A DNA stretch of 45,450 nt, taken from NCBI GenBank assembly GCA_023231475.1, contig JALJEE010002225.1, forward strand, positions 1 to 45,450. Direction: 5' to 3'. The stretch is from Seison nebaliae. Its lineage: Eukaryota. This document shows, piece by piece, positions 1 through 10,988 of this stretch. Each line of letters begins with the position of its first letter. Position 1 is the first letter of the stretch. The notes beneath the pieces are model-generated. The model saw only the letters and a program-made list of their open reading frames with translations, made no database searches and was not told the origin of the DNA. The position numbers and the translations under genes are program-made.

Positions 1-750
1 TGTTCAATAGCGAATGAGTTGAAAGCAATGCAATTTTCAACGTTTATCTATTATATTTTACAAACTAAACAATAATAGTTTGGATAAAGTTTATTTTTTC
101 GGGCAATTCAACGTTGAAAATTTTTTTTTTGTTGAGTAGGGTAGCTATCTCAATGGTCGAGTAACGTTTTGTTTGAAACTTTCGTGGTCTTACCACAGAG
201 TTTTGTAAGGTTTTTCGTAGAGCGACGAGAAAGACATTTTTATGTCTAAAACATTTTGGCTTAAGGAAAAATGTCTTAGGACATATCTCTTACATTTTTA
301 GACTTACATATCTTACATAAATTATTGTAGTAATAATAACAATAATAATTAAATTGTAAGACATAAATGTTTTGAAGTTAATAAGTTTTTTATCTGATTT
401 CAGGGAGAAACATAAGAACATCATAGTTCTATTTTAAGTTTGCACACAGCTTAATTAATTGCTAAAATTCACAAGACTGAATTGATATTATCTGAATGTT
501 AATGTAATAAGGCTACTTAAGTCTAGAGTAATTCCTTATTGAAAATTTTAAAATATTCTTATATATTATATTTAACAACACATACAACATTAACGGTATA
601 AAATTGTCTCTTTAGACCAATTAAAATACACATTTATTCGTTTAACGTTTATAATGATTCAAATATTTCCAATAGTATACGTTGATGTAAAACTTGCGCT
701 TATTAAATTTCATAAAAAACTTTGACAGATAAAATACTTTTGTAAGGAAA

Positions 751-2106
751 ATGTTTAGGGAAAACGTAATTCCGGATTTAAACCAATTAATGAATTATCA
801 GGTGTCTGAAACTAATATGAAATCGAACTTTTATGGTTCAATCAAAAGACATTTCTACACGAATTTTGTGTCATCACCGTTTTATCAAGCGGCGATTAAT
901 GTTGCGATAATAATAAATACAATATTCGTTTGTTTACAAATGGATAATAAAACAAGAAATGAATATATGTTTGAGATTCATGTGGTTCTTCAATTTTTCA
1001 ACGGAGTATTTTTAGTGGATATTCTATTGCGTTATATAAATGATAAAGATGTTTTCTTTATGACGTTTTTTAACAAGATCGATATGATAATAACAGTGTC
1101 AACATCGGTCGCATTACATGTGGGAACAGGGCGTTTGGCATTATTCTTATCATTAACTTCCAGTGGTAAAATTTTGAGGATAAATTACAAGTTTCAACCG
1201 GTAGTTGATATAATTGTATCGTTAAGTTATTCATCAAATGACATCTTTAATATCGTGTTATTAATGTTTGTAACGATGATCAATTTTGCATTATTCGGTG
1301 GGGTGATGTTTCGCAATGAAGCAGTTTCTTGGTTTCACGATTTTACCACAAGTTTCTATACAGTCTTCGTTTGCACTAATCAACAAGGATGGGGATACAT
1401 CGAGCATACATTCCGTCAAGGATCTAATACTTATTATGTTTTCGCAATGGTCTATTGTGTAGTTGTAATTTTTGTAATGGCATTTATCAGTATCAATTTA
1501 TTTGTAGCTGTCGTTATCGCTAATGTGGATGCATCGTCAAATATGCATATGAAACAAAAGTTGAAACTAGTCCAAAAGATTGAACAGAGTGGTCATTCAC
1601 CCTTAGGTATTCAGGACATTTTAAAAGATCAGAAGAAAACTTATCAAGAAAAATTTTCGATTAAGCCTATACCTCGCGATTATTGTCATAGAGCAGCAAG
1701 AAATTTCAGAAGAACTTTAAGAAGAAGTGAATCATTCCTAATTTTCCGCTTGCAAAATACGGGACGTGATGGATCAGATAATTTCAGTCTACCTTTACAT
1801 AAACAACAACAACCTCGAGAATTCGGGACAAACTTAGCAATCCCATCAGAGAAGAATTTAATGAAATATTTATTACTAGTCAATGCACTTAATACCAATA
1901 GTAATGAATTGGATGATCTTATTCAAGATTTGGAATCGATATTTGTCTTACTAGATCAAGGATCGATGGCTTCGTCACATACAGTTGACAGTGTCCATAG
2001 TTTGCCATTGGCTTCCAATCATTTAACCCGTCAAGGTGATGCATTGTCGATGTTGGTTTATTTGGAGAAAGAATTAAAGAATAAAGCAGCATCATTCATG
2101 TTGTGA
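751..2106 (+). CDS. CATSPER4: Single-domain 6TM cation channel, CatSper alpha subunit (CatSper4-like), intronless
   Basis: 451-aa ORF with S1-S6 topology. The pore helix YTVFVCTNQQGW resembles CatSper4 YTLFICITQDGW, and S6 reads FISINLFVAVVIAN. C-terminal segments QQP..G..L...SE.N...LLLVNAL..N..E....Q.LE.I and QGDALSMLVYLEK resemble the recalled CatSper4 tail (QQDLLSALVSMEK). Confidence 0.75.
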   Translation: MFRENVIPDLNQLMNYQVSETNMKSNFYGSIKRHFYTNFVSSPFYQAAINVAIIINTIFVCLQMDNKTRNEYMFEIHVVLQFFNGVFLVDILLRYINDKDVFFMTFFNKIDMIITVSTSVALHVGTGRLALFLSLTSSGKILRINYKFQPVVDIIVSLSYSSNDIFNIVLLMFVTMINFALFGGVMFRNEAVSWFHDFTTSFYTVFVCTNQQGWGYIEHTFRQGSNTYYVFAMVYCVVVIFVMAFISINLFVAVVIANVDASSNMHMKQKLKLVQKIEQSGHSPLGIQDILKDQKKTYQEKFSIKPIPRDYCHRAARNFRRTLRRSESFLIFRLQNTGRDGSDNFSLPLHKQQQPREFGTNLAIPSEKNLMKYLLLVNALNTNSNELDDLIQDLESIFVLLDQGSMASSHTVDSVHSLPLASNHLTRQGDALSMLVYLEKELKNKAASFML

Positions 2107-5100
2107 ATATTTGTTATTTGAACGAATTTTCCCCTAAAACAATTTCAGAAGATTCGTGGGAAAGTTGGTTGTTGTCGGTTTTAAATTATGAATATTCTAA
2201 TCGAAAAAGAATTGAGTTTTAAATAAACATATTTTTTTTCTTTCTCTAAACAAATTCAAAGACGATTCTGTTAATGGAGGTAATTTTTCCTTTAGTAATT
2301 CAATGTGTTTGTTTCAATATTAATTGCAAGAGTGCAATTTTGGATTTAGCACAAAAACTTATTAACGAGAAAGAATTAACGACATGATCATGTCAGAAGA
2401 ATATCGTTATTTAGGAAATAAATGTAGCGGAACGAAAGATCACGTTCTACTCAATATTTGTTGAAGTTAGTGCGATTATGTATATTTCTAGTTGCTGCAA
2501 TTTCGTTTCTGGAATTGAAGGCGAAGATGAAAACATAAAAAGTTGAATAACGTCCAAAAAATAATTGGAGGGGAATAAAGATGAATAAGTTGAGTGGAAA
2601 ATATGAATTTTGTAGGTGATGATTTGAAGAGAAATATATAAACTAAACAAATAGGCGAATGGAACTTGTTTGCTATCGCTTAATTCTAAATAAGAGAATT
2701 GGAAAGACAGAATAATGTCGTTGATTAAAGAATGAGCGAATTAATAATATCAATGTGCAAATATAAATAAGATGTTGAAGAAGAAGGTGAAATGATGCAA
2801 ATTATCGTAACGTTTCGATCTATTTGATATTCCAGTTAATTAAACATTATCGTTCGTCGTCTTCCCTTTCTTTCTTCTTTGCACATTCTATCGACTAACA
2901 AAAATTTATTTATGTTCCTAATGACATTAATGTTCTAGCGGAATGGAAGGAAAATCTTGGAGAATTTTTGTTTTCGATTGATATGTGATAAGTAGACGAT
3001 CTACGACGATAATAACAATAATACAAGTGATAATGATGAAACGATGTGAATAACTGCCATGTCGTCGATTCTTTTTATCCGTTCAGTGCTGGATGATATT
3101 GTTTTGAAATGATATTATTTAAAAAACAACCAACTGTAAATTGGTTTCTTGGTTTGTTTCGGACGACTAGCAAGACTTGTTTCGTTCGAGAGGTTAACAA
3201 TCAGAAAGAGCAAATAGGAGAGAACTGAGGAAATTTAGAAAAGTTAGGAAAAATTAGGAGAAAGTAAAAGGCCCTACACAATTCTCCATAAATGTTGCAT
3301 GAACTTATTATCTGTAAGTGGGACGAAGTAGTAGTAGGAGAAGAAGGAGAGGAAGATTGAAAATGCAAATAAGTAAAGTAAATGAGCGCGTCGCAATATT
3401 ATTAGCGTTTGGTAAAAATGTCGATACAATTATCGTCCATTCCACATCATGTATATTATTTAGCTAATGATTTTCTGCTTAATTATGTCGTCTCCGAATA
3501 TTACATGCATTTTCACTAACAATTTGTAAGGGAAAATGAACGAATGGAATAACAAATTTCATCGAATATTTTTATCCGAATTACCATTGAAGATAAACAG
3601 ATTTCTGGAGTATGTCATCAAGAGTCGTGAGTACGAGTCGTGAAATTAGTAGAAATTAAAAAGATTTGCATTGTCATTAATAGTTATTTCAACATGAATT
3701 TCAATAAGAGTTTTTCTAATTTGATGTTAATTTAAAGAATTCACTTGACCATAATTAAAGGATAAGTTAAAAAAAAAGCAATATTCAATGGTCTTCCTAT
3801 ACGTCTTGTTAATTTACCTAATCTGAAAGTTGAGTATGTTTCGGTCCGAATCATCAGAAGATTATAACGACAGTAGTAATTTGGAATAATATTCATAATT
3901 ATTAATAATGTTCTAATCAAATCATCGAATAACATTTAGTTTGTTGCACGAATTATACGCAGTTAATGATATTCTTCTACATGAATACATGAAAAAAAAC
4001 TAAGAATTATGAGAATGGAACATTATTTCAGTGAGAGGATAGTCTCATCCGCGACTTCTTGATGTCGAGTACGATTATCATAAAATACATAATAATTATC
4101 GATATAGTTACCTCGTTAAGGAAACGCATAAATCTATCTATTTTCTTCTAATTTCTTAAGAGATGTGTCGACGAATGTAGCTGGCTGCTTTCCTAACAAA
4201 TCTTCCTTAATAAGCAATCATTCTCTCATCATAAATGGAGAGAAGGAATGATTACTTGAGAATTGTGTTCGATTATAAATGAAGTAATATGTAATTCCCA
4301 GATTCGGAGAGAATGACGTATGAGAAAGAAGACGAATGATGGTACGAATTGAAATTATTTCTAATAATCATTTTCTCCATCGGTTTTCTTTTTATCGTCT
4401 TTATTAAATCGAATGTAACAACTATTCGGATATGAGCGAGAGCAGAATATGACGAGGAACAATTAGACATATTTCACTCTTGGGACAATCTTCCATCAAT
4501 TAATTTCTTGAAGGTTCTTCTTCAAATGACGATGATAATAATAATGAAAAAAAAGAGGAACATCAACAACAAAAAAACTAATGAAGAACATCATCATGAT
4601 GATATAAAAGAAAATATATCACTATTCCTTCACAATGGTATTTGTGAAAGGGGAAAAAAAATCGAATTATGTAATTTTTAGATTAATATAGTTTTTTTGT
4701 GCTCAAATGATGGTAATCATCGAATTGAATGAAAAAACATTTCCCATATTTTCATTTCGTATTTATTGCTTATTAAGTTTTTATTCTTCAGTTTGAACGA
4801 TTTAGAGATATTTCTAGGAACTTACCTATTGATGGAGGAGATACTGCAAGTTATGAAAAAGGAAGAAATTGGAAAAGTCGTGTTCGATCTATAAAGAAAC
4901 TGAACTGACACAGCACGAAATGTTGATGGAGGAATCGATGTTTCTAATCAATTCAATAAAAGTTCCTTTGCACGAATAATGCACAAATATTTTTGATTAA
5001 GTTTTCCTATCCGAAATTGATGATATATTCGTAAATTTTATCGACATATTCTCCGGCTGTAACTGTTCTTCAGATCTTCTTGAAGAAGAGACGGACATGT

Positions 5101-5220
5101 CGCAATAATGTGAATAAGATCGAGATAGGAAGAATAATCGACATATAGAAAGAAATACATAAAAACGGTAAGATGAGAATGTATCGTCTGTTTGTTCGAC
5201 TTCAGATAATTCACTTTCAG

Positions 5221-5285
5221 ATTATGTTCAATTGTCGAAAAAGACATTCGTTACAACTTGAAGGTGAAAGAAGAGGTAAACCGGC
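5221..5285 (+). other. Predicted shared first (coding) exon of the cholinergic locus
   Basis: Flanked by a TTTCAG acceptor (ends 5220) and a perfect GTAAGT donor (5286). ATG 5224 opens MFNCRKRHSLQLEGERRGKP, ending in phase 2. This joins in frame to the ChAT acceptor TTTTATAG at 7826. Inferred; no transcript data. Confidence 0.5.
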
Positions 5286-5573
5286 GTAAGTTATATTTAG
5301 CAGTCGCAGGGACGATTGAAGCACGAGGCTATTTTCTTTACAATTTATAATATTATTATTGACTTATTCCGCATAAATTCTCGCTGAAAGTTTCTTTTAT
5401 TTTACATTAATTTTTTATGATATACCTCCATTTTTTTCAATGAACATTTAATGATTGTTTATGCATATAAGAATAACTTATGAATAATTTTAGCTTCATT
5501 TTTACAGTTTCTTTTCCTTCATCTACTTCTCCTTTCCTATTATACATAATTGTGCGAAGTTTCGGTGAAGAAC

Positions 5574-7613
5574 ATGAGTAGAATTAGCTCCCAATTACAG
5601 ACGAAAATCGAACGAGCTCGTCAAACGCCCAAAAAATGGATCCTTATCATTGTCTGTGTTGCTCTATTATTGGACAACATGCTCTATATGGTAATTGTTC
5701 CGATCATTCCAGTATATCTTGAGAAAATAGGTGCTTGGAATACGAAGAAGCCTAATACTTTCTCAAGTAATATAACGACATTCACTACTAGTTCTACAAC
5801 ATCTACGACGACAACGTCCAAACCCACTACCACCACCACTACTACCACTACGTCTACAATCCCTATGATCATACAACCACAGTATGTAAATTATGATTAT
5901 GCGTATCGGTATCCACCAATGGTCGATCCGAATTTCTATCAACCTCCCATTCATAAACGAGGAAAAAGGGAAGCGAATTTCACTGATGACGCTCGAGATC
6001 ATTATCACTATAAACCGTCGAAAGGCTTAGCCAAACTATTCTCAAAGTTGCCTCCACCTCCAATGAAGTTACCCGAGAAATCTCATGATGCTGAAGATTT
6101 GGCACTAGGCACATTATTTGCATCGAAGGCTGCCGTCCAATTGATAGTAAATCCTTTTTCAGGTAGTTTTATTGATCGAGTTGGTTACGATTTCCCAATG
6201 CTCATAGGTCTAGTTATAATATTCATTTCAACCGCTTTTTTCGCATTTGGTTCCACATATGGAGTTTTGTTCTTTGCTCGATCTTTCCAAGGTGTGGGAA
6301 GTGCCTTCGCAGATACCAGTGGATTAGCTATGTTGGCTGATCAGTTTATTGATGAGAATGAAAGAAATCGAGCATTGGGTATAGCCATAGCATTCATCTC
6401 TTTCGGTTCATTGGCAGCACCACCATTTGGGGGTATATTATATCAATTTTTGGGTAAACAATTACCATTTATATTTCTTGCTATATTAGCTTTGTTGGAT
6501 GGAGTACTTTTGGTGTTCATCGTCAATCCAAATAAATTAAAAAGCTTCCCATCAATTCTATTCAACTATAGTGTTTATTGCGTTCAAAAAGTCGTATATT
6601 ATATTAATCGTATTCGAGGAGTGACAACTGATCAACCGGTTATGAATGAAACAAATTATACAGATGCCGATAATGGAATTCCTGATTATCAGCCACCTAC
6701 ACCCACTCCTATGAGAAAACTTTTAATGGACCCTTATATTTTAGCATGTGCAGGAGCTCTCGTTATGGCGAATGTATCACTCTCATTCATTGAACCAACA
6801 ATAACCGTTTGGATGAGAGACACGATGGATGCGAATCCATGGGAAATGGGATTCATTTGGTTACCAGCATTCTTCCCTCATGTAATCTCAATTTATATTG
6901 CCATCAAGTTCTGTGAAAGATATCCACATCTACAATGGTTATTGGCTGCAGTTGGATTGATTATTGAAGGATTGATGTGTTTCATTATACCATTCGCTCG
7001 AAATATTTATGCCGTTTCCATTCCTATTTGTGGACTATGTTTCGGTATGGGTTTAGTCGACACTGCCATTTTGCCAATGTTAAGTAATTTAGTAGATGCT
7101 AGACATACACCAGTTTACGGAAGTGTTTATGCCATAGCTGACATTTCATATTCAATAGCATATGCGTTTGGACCAGTACTTGCCGGTTGGATTGTAGCCA
7201 AATCAAACTTTTTAACATTAAATTTGTTAATTTGTGCCGTCAACATCGGATATGCTCCAGTCATGTTAACAGTCAGGAAATTTCATGCTTTCAAACCAAA
7301 TCTTTTACCAAATGAAGAGACGAATCTTGTTGCAAATGAATCGTACAAACAAGAGTATAATGGTAAGGATGTGATGCCTCCACCTATACCTCCGGCTCCT
7401 ATCATGCCTCATGATCCACAACAAAATTATATAAATCGTCCTGAAAATTTCAATTATCAAAATTCGATGAATCCAATGAACAACCCGATCGATTCAATGA
7501 ATCCAATGAACCCAATGAATTCGATGAATTCGATGAATCCAGTGAATCCGATCGATTCTAACCATAATAATCACATTAATTCACCAATCAATTACACGAC
7601 AAACTTCTCTTAA
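5574..7613 (+). CDS. VAChT: Vesicular acetylcholine transporter (SLC18A3/unc-17), intronless
   Basis: Motifs VALLLDNMLYMVIVPIIP, LFASKAAVQL, ADTSGLAM, FIEPTI, LVDTAILP and YGSVYAIADISYS are characteristic of SLC18/VAChT. First ATG is at 5574 (the ORF track starts at TTG 5550). It lies immediately upstream of ChAT on the same strand. Confidence 0.96.
   Translation: MSRISSQLQTKIERARQTPKKWILIIVCVALLLDNMLYMVIVPIIPVYLEKIGAWNTKKPNTFSSNITTFTTSSTTSTTTTSKPTTTTTTTTTSTIPMIIQPQYVNYDYAYRYPPMVDPNFYQPPIHKRGKREANFTDDARDHYHYKPSKGLAKLFSKLPPPPMKLPEKSHDAEDLALGTLFASKAAVQLIVNPFSGSFIDRVGYDFPMLIGLVIIFISTAFFAFGSTYGVLFFARSFQGVGSAFADTSGLAMLADQFIDENERNRALGIAIAFISFGSLAAPPFGGILYQFLGKQLPFIFLAILALLDGVLLVFIVNPNKLKSFPSILFNYSVYCVQKVVYYINRIRGVTTDQPVMNETNYTDADNGIPDYQPPTPTPMRKLLMDPYILACAGALVMANVSLSFIEPTITVWMRDTMDANPWEMGFIWLPAFFPHVISIYIAIKFCERYPHLQWLLAAVGLIIEGLMCFIIPFARNIYAVSIPICGLCFGMGLVDTAILPMLSNLVDARHTPVYGSVYAIADISYSIAYAFGPVLAGWIVAKSNFLTLNLLICAVNIGYAPVMLTVRKFHAFKPNLLPNEETNLVANESYKQEYNGKDVMPPPIPPAPIMPHDPQQNYINRPENFNYQNSMNPMNNPIDSMNPMNPMNSMNSMNPVNPIDSNHNNHINSPINYTTNFS
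5776..5860 (+). repeat. Coding Thr/Ser-rich (ACN)n tract in the VAChT luminal loop
   Basis: Encodes TTFTTSSTTSTTTTSKPTTTTTTTTTST through imperfect ACT/ACC/ACG repeats. Confidence 0.9.
7460..7558 (+). repeat. Imperfect 9-bp tandem repeat encoding (N-P/S-M)n in the VAChT C-terminal tail
   Basis: Units aat tcg atg / aat cca atg / aac cca atg give NSMNPMNNPIDSMNPMNPMNSMNSMNPVNPIDS. Confidence 0.9.
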
Positions 7614-7652
7614 ACCATTTAGGCTTTACTTATTTTGTCGACAATATTAATT

Positions 7653-7658
7653 AATAAA
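7653..7658 (+). terminator. Candidate VAChT polyadenylation signal AATAAA
   Basis: AATAAA 40 nt after the VAChT stop, followed by T-rich sequence and before the ChAT acceptor. Low specificity in AT-rich DNA. Confidence 0.4.
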
Positions 7659-7851
7659 TTTTTTTAATATATTTGATTGATATATTTATCTTATGTAATC
7701 TTTCGTTCGTTTTCAACTTCTATTTTTATTCAACATTTCTTTAAATCAGTTTTATCAATCAAAATATAAAATTGTATTGTTATTTCCTTTTTCTAGAAGA
7801 GAACATATTTTCATAAAATTTTATAGCACTCTTTTTACCAATACTCCTCAA

Positions 7852-10342
7852 ATGAATGAGAATGATTCAGATGATTGTTAGCAGTTTTGTTTGTTTCCTC
7901 GCACGCTTAATCTTACCAAGTTCTTAAAAAATATGAATCCGGAATGGTGCAACCATTACCATCCTTAGATCACACATTCAAACAATATATAGACAATATT
8001 ACACCGTTGCTAACTGAAAATGAATTAGCGTATTCGAAATCATGTGTAAAAGATTTCTTGAAAGAGAATGGATATGGTAGAAAATTCCAAAAAATTATAG
8101 AAGAAATACATGAGAAAAAGAAAACATCTTGGGTAACTTTTTACTCTATTTCAATTTTTATTATCATCTTTTTTACAGTCGTTGGATGCTTGGTTGAATG
8201 AGATGTATTTCGATGTTGATTTACCGGTTATCATTAATTCTTCTGCATGTACGGTAATACCAAAGAAATTGCACTTATCAACTGACGATTGGCTAAGGTT
8301 TTTTCTTCTAAAATTCTCCAATTTCACCATTTTTATTACCATTTTCTAGTTATTCCGCAAAAATTATTTTATCAATTATACACTTTCGATATTTATTATT
8401 AAGGTTCTTAATCTAACTAACTCTCATCATATTGGTTACTTCTATAATCTCCAGTGGACAGATACCTCAAGAAAAAAGTTGCACCCATAATGCCACATCT
8501 CATTATTGTATGAATCAATATCGTTCTTTATTCAATGTACATCGACATCCTGGAATTAATCGTGATTATCATGTCATTAAGAAAATGGAGAATGATACTC
8601 TGAAATTTATGGTGTCTTATAAATCGCAATTATTTATTATTACCATTCCTATGGGTGATTACTTGAAAAAGTTTAAAGAGAACATCAATACCGCAGAAGA
8701 ATTCCTAAATATTTTCAATACATTGAAAAGTATTGTAGATGGAAATTGTTTAAATCAGAATATTTATGAAAATTTAACAAGCGATGAAAATTTTTGTTTA
8801 TTCAACTCCATCAATATTCTGACAACAAATTCAAGACGAGAATGGGGTGCTCAACTATTAACAATACGTCGTTATGGTTAAAAATATATTTAACATTTTC
8901 CGCCCAATAATTGTATTAAATATTTTTTGAAATAGTTTCCGATAACGAGGATAATATTAAACACATTGAATCTGCCGAATTTCTCTTATGTTTAGATGAT
9001 TGTCAATCATGTTATAAAGATTTAACTGAACAATCAATGGCACATCAAATATTTCATGGAGGTGGTTCCAGACAATTTACATCCAATCGTTATTGGGATA
9101 CAACGTTGCAAGTTACTTTTATTAGAAGTTCAAAATTATTCTTCAATTAACTTTTAGATTGTTAGTGGGAAATCTGGTGTCTCGGGTGTTATAGTGCAAC
9201 ATTCGGCATGTGAAGGAGTGGTCACTAACCGTCTATTAGAATTTATCTTGAAAGGAATCAATAATTACAAAGATATAAAATTATCAAAGACGACGAGATA
9301 TAATATTCGACCAATCATATGGAAACTTCCTAGCACCTTAACGAGATGGTTGAGCAATGCTGAAAATAAAGTAGATAAGTTGAATAAAATTCTTATTAAA
9401 GATTATTGAATATCTTCATTTTGATAGATCGATCAATAATATTGACTTGTATATAAACCGATTCCACGTATTTGGAAAAAGATCAATTAAATTAATGAAA
9501 ACCAGTCCTGATGCATTTATTCAAATTGCTATGCAATTAGCTTATTACCAGTTGAAATAATTTTTGAACTAATTTTGAAAAAGAATTAATAAATTTAATA
9601 GATTACATGGACATTTTACGGCTACATATGAAAGTGCCAGTTTGAGGCAATTCCAGTATGGTCGTGTGGATAATATTCGAGCATGTCATCCTGAAAGTCA
9701 ACAATTTGTGTTAGCGGCTAGCAAGAATAACCTTATTAGCAATCTAATAAACAATATGTTATTTGGGAGAACGAATAAAAATGTTTAAAATTTTTCTCGT
9801 AATAAAATTTAAACGTAAATGAATTGGTAATTATTCCTTAATATTTGATTAGATAACTGTTGAATATGAACAATTACAAAATTTGTTGCGATCTGCATTG
9901 GGAAAACAGATTGAAATCATTAAGTTAAATGTTAATGGTATGGGTATGGATCTTCATTTAACAACATTGAAAGAAATGAATAAAAAGTACGCAGAAAACG
10001 GAGAACTCGATTTATGTGAAATATTCCGTGACAAAGCGTATGACGTAATCCAGAACTTCCGATTAACAACTAGTCAAGTTAGTTTTTGAATTGTTATTTT
10101 CATCAATAATCAATCTTCAATTTGGTTAGTTGACAACGAATGATGCTAATATATTTGGCTATTATGGACCGGTAAAAGTTGATGGATATGGATGTTCTTA
10201 TAATATTCAGGATGAGGAAATATTGTTCGTTGTTACAACTTTCAAAGAATGTGGTGAAACTGACTGTAAATTATTCGCGTGGGAATTGTATAAATCATTA
10301 ATCTTCTGCTCTGCCGTTTTACAATTGACTTTTACAAAATAA
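7852..10342 (+). CDS. ChAT: Choline O-acetyltransferase, 11 exons (N-terminus may extend to the exon at 5224-5285)
   Basis: Exons 7852-7876, 7921-8132, 8179-8297, 8350-8403, 8455-8876, 8936-9111, 9158-9378, 9428-9550, 9602-9782, 9853-10077, 10130-10342 total 1971 nt (656 aa). Motifs: PLPSL, WLNEMY, catalytic QHSACEG, SPDAFIQIAMQLAYY, YESASLRQFQYGRVDNIRA (VDN is the choline-specific signature versus TET/TDT in carnitine acyltransferases), LTTSQ and GPVKVDGYGCSY. Confidence 0.95.
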
Positions 10343-10988
10343 TCAGAGAGTGTTGGATCAAAGTGTCTATAATCGAAAAACTTTCCAAACTTCCCGTTTT
10401 ATAAATTATTTTAATTAATATTTTTTTATGAAATAGATTTATGACAAATAATATAGTTAAATAAATTTTAATAATATTTACAAAAATAAGAAAATAAAGA
10501 TTAAGTCAACCGTATGTTCATTATCAAGATTATACTATAATATTATACTAAATTGTATTGTACTACATATTCAATTACTAGAATGAGATTCGATCAACTT
10601 TTCCTACTAGTAGTTTTTTTTACTAAAATAGTTTAATGCTCGGAATTTTTTCCTAATATGAATGAATTGCATTCTCACTTGAAAATTTCATTGAACTCAC
10701 TTTCATTCAATGAAAGTGGTTATCTGCAATGTGGTTAATGTCTATTCGAAGTATGAATAAAGTCCTCGCAAAAAATGAAAACTAAAGCGAACTGAAACAT
10801 GAATGAACATCACTCTACGTAATATATCACAAACAAACGTTATCTCAATTCGAATGGTTTGATAATAAATTTAACGAAATATTTATTAAGTAAAAATTTA
10901 GAAATATTGGAATACAATTTAACCCATAAGATAATGGAAATTAATGAACGACAGAATGAATAGCTATAACTGTATATTATAATAATGT

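Noticed and set aside
136..200. tRNA-like start (tagctatctcaatggtcgag)
   Set aside because: No T-arm GTTCRA motif or cloverleaf could be built.
228..370. Short agacatttt/aaaatgtct and cttacata repeats, possible MITE remnant
   Set aside because: No defined terminal inverted repeats or target-site duplication; low complexity.
1129..1185. Charge-poor S4 voltage sensor in the channel as a novelty
   Set aside because: CatSper3 and CatSper4 normally have few S4 charges, so this is expected for the family.
2107..5220. COE/UNC-3 motif (TCCCNNGGGA) upstream of the cholinergic locus
   Set aside because: No convincing match seen by eye; the nearest (actcttggga, about 4475) has mismatches.
7614..7826. 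Long-range inverted repeats flanking VAChT, as in the C. elegans locus
   Set aside because: Only weak partial complements were found by eye (e.g. attgtcgaaaa at 5231 versus ttttgtcgacaat at about 7633), within chance for AT-rich DNA.
7944..10342. Fragmented ChAT, SLC6 and GGT ORFs as pseudogenes or an alternative genetic code
   Set aside because: All breaks are explained by GT-AG micro-introns that restore continuous frames under the standard code.
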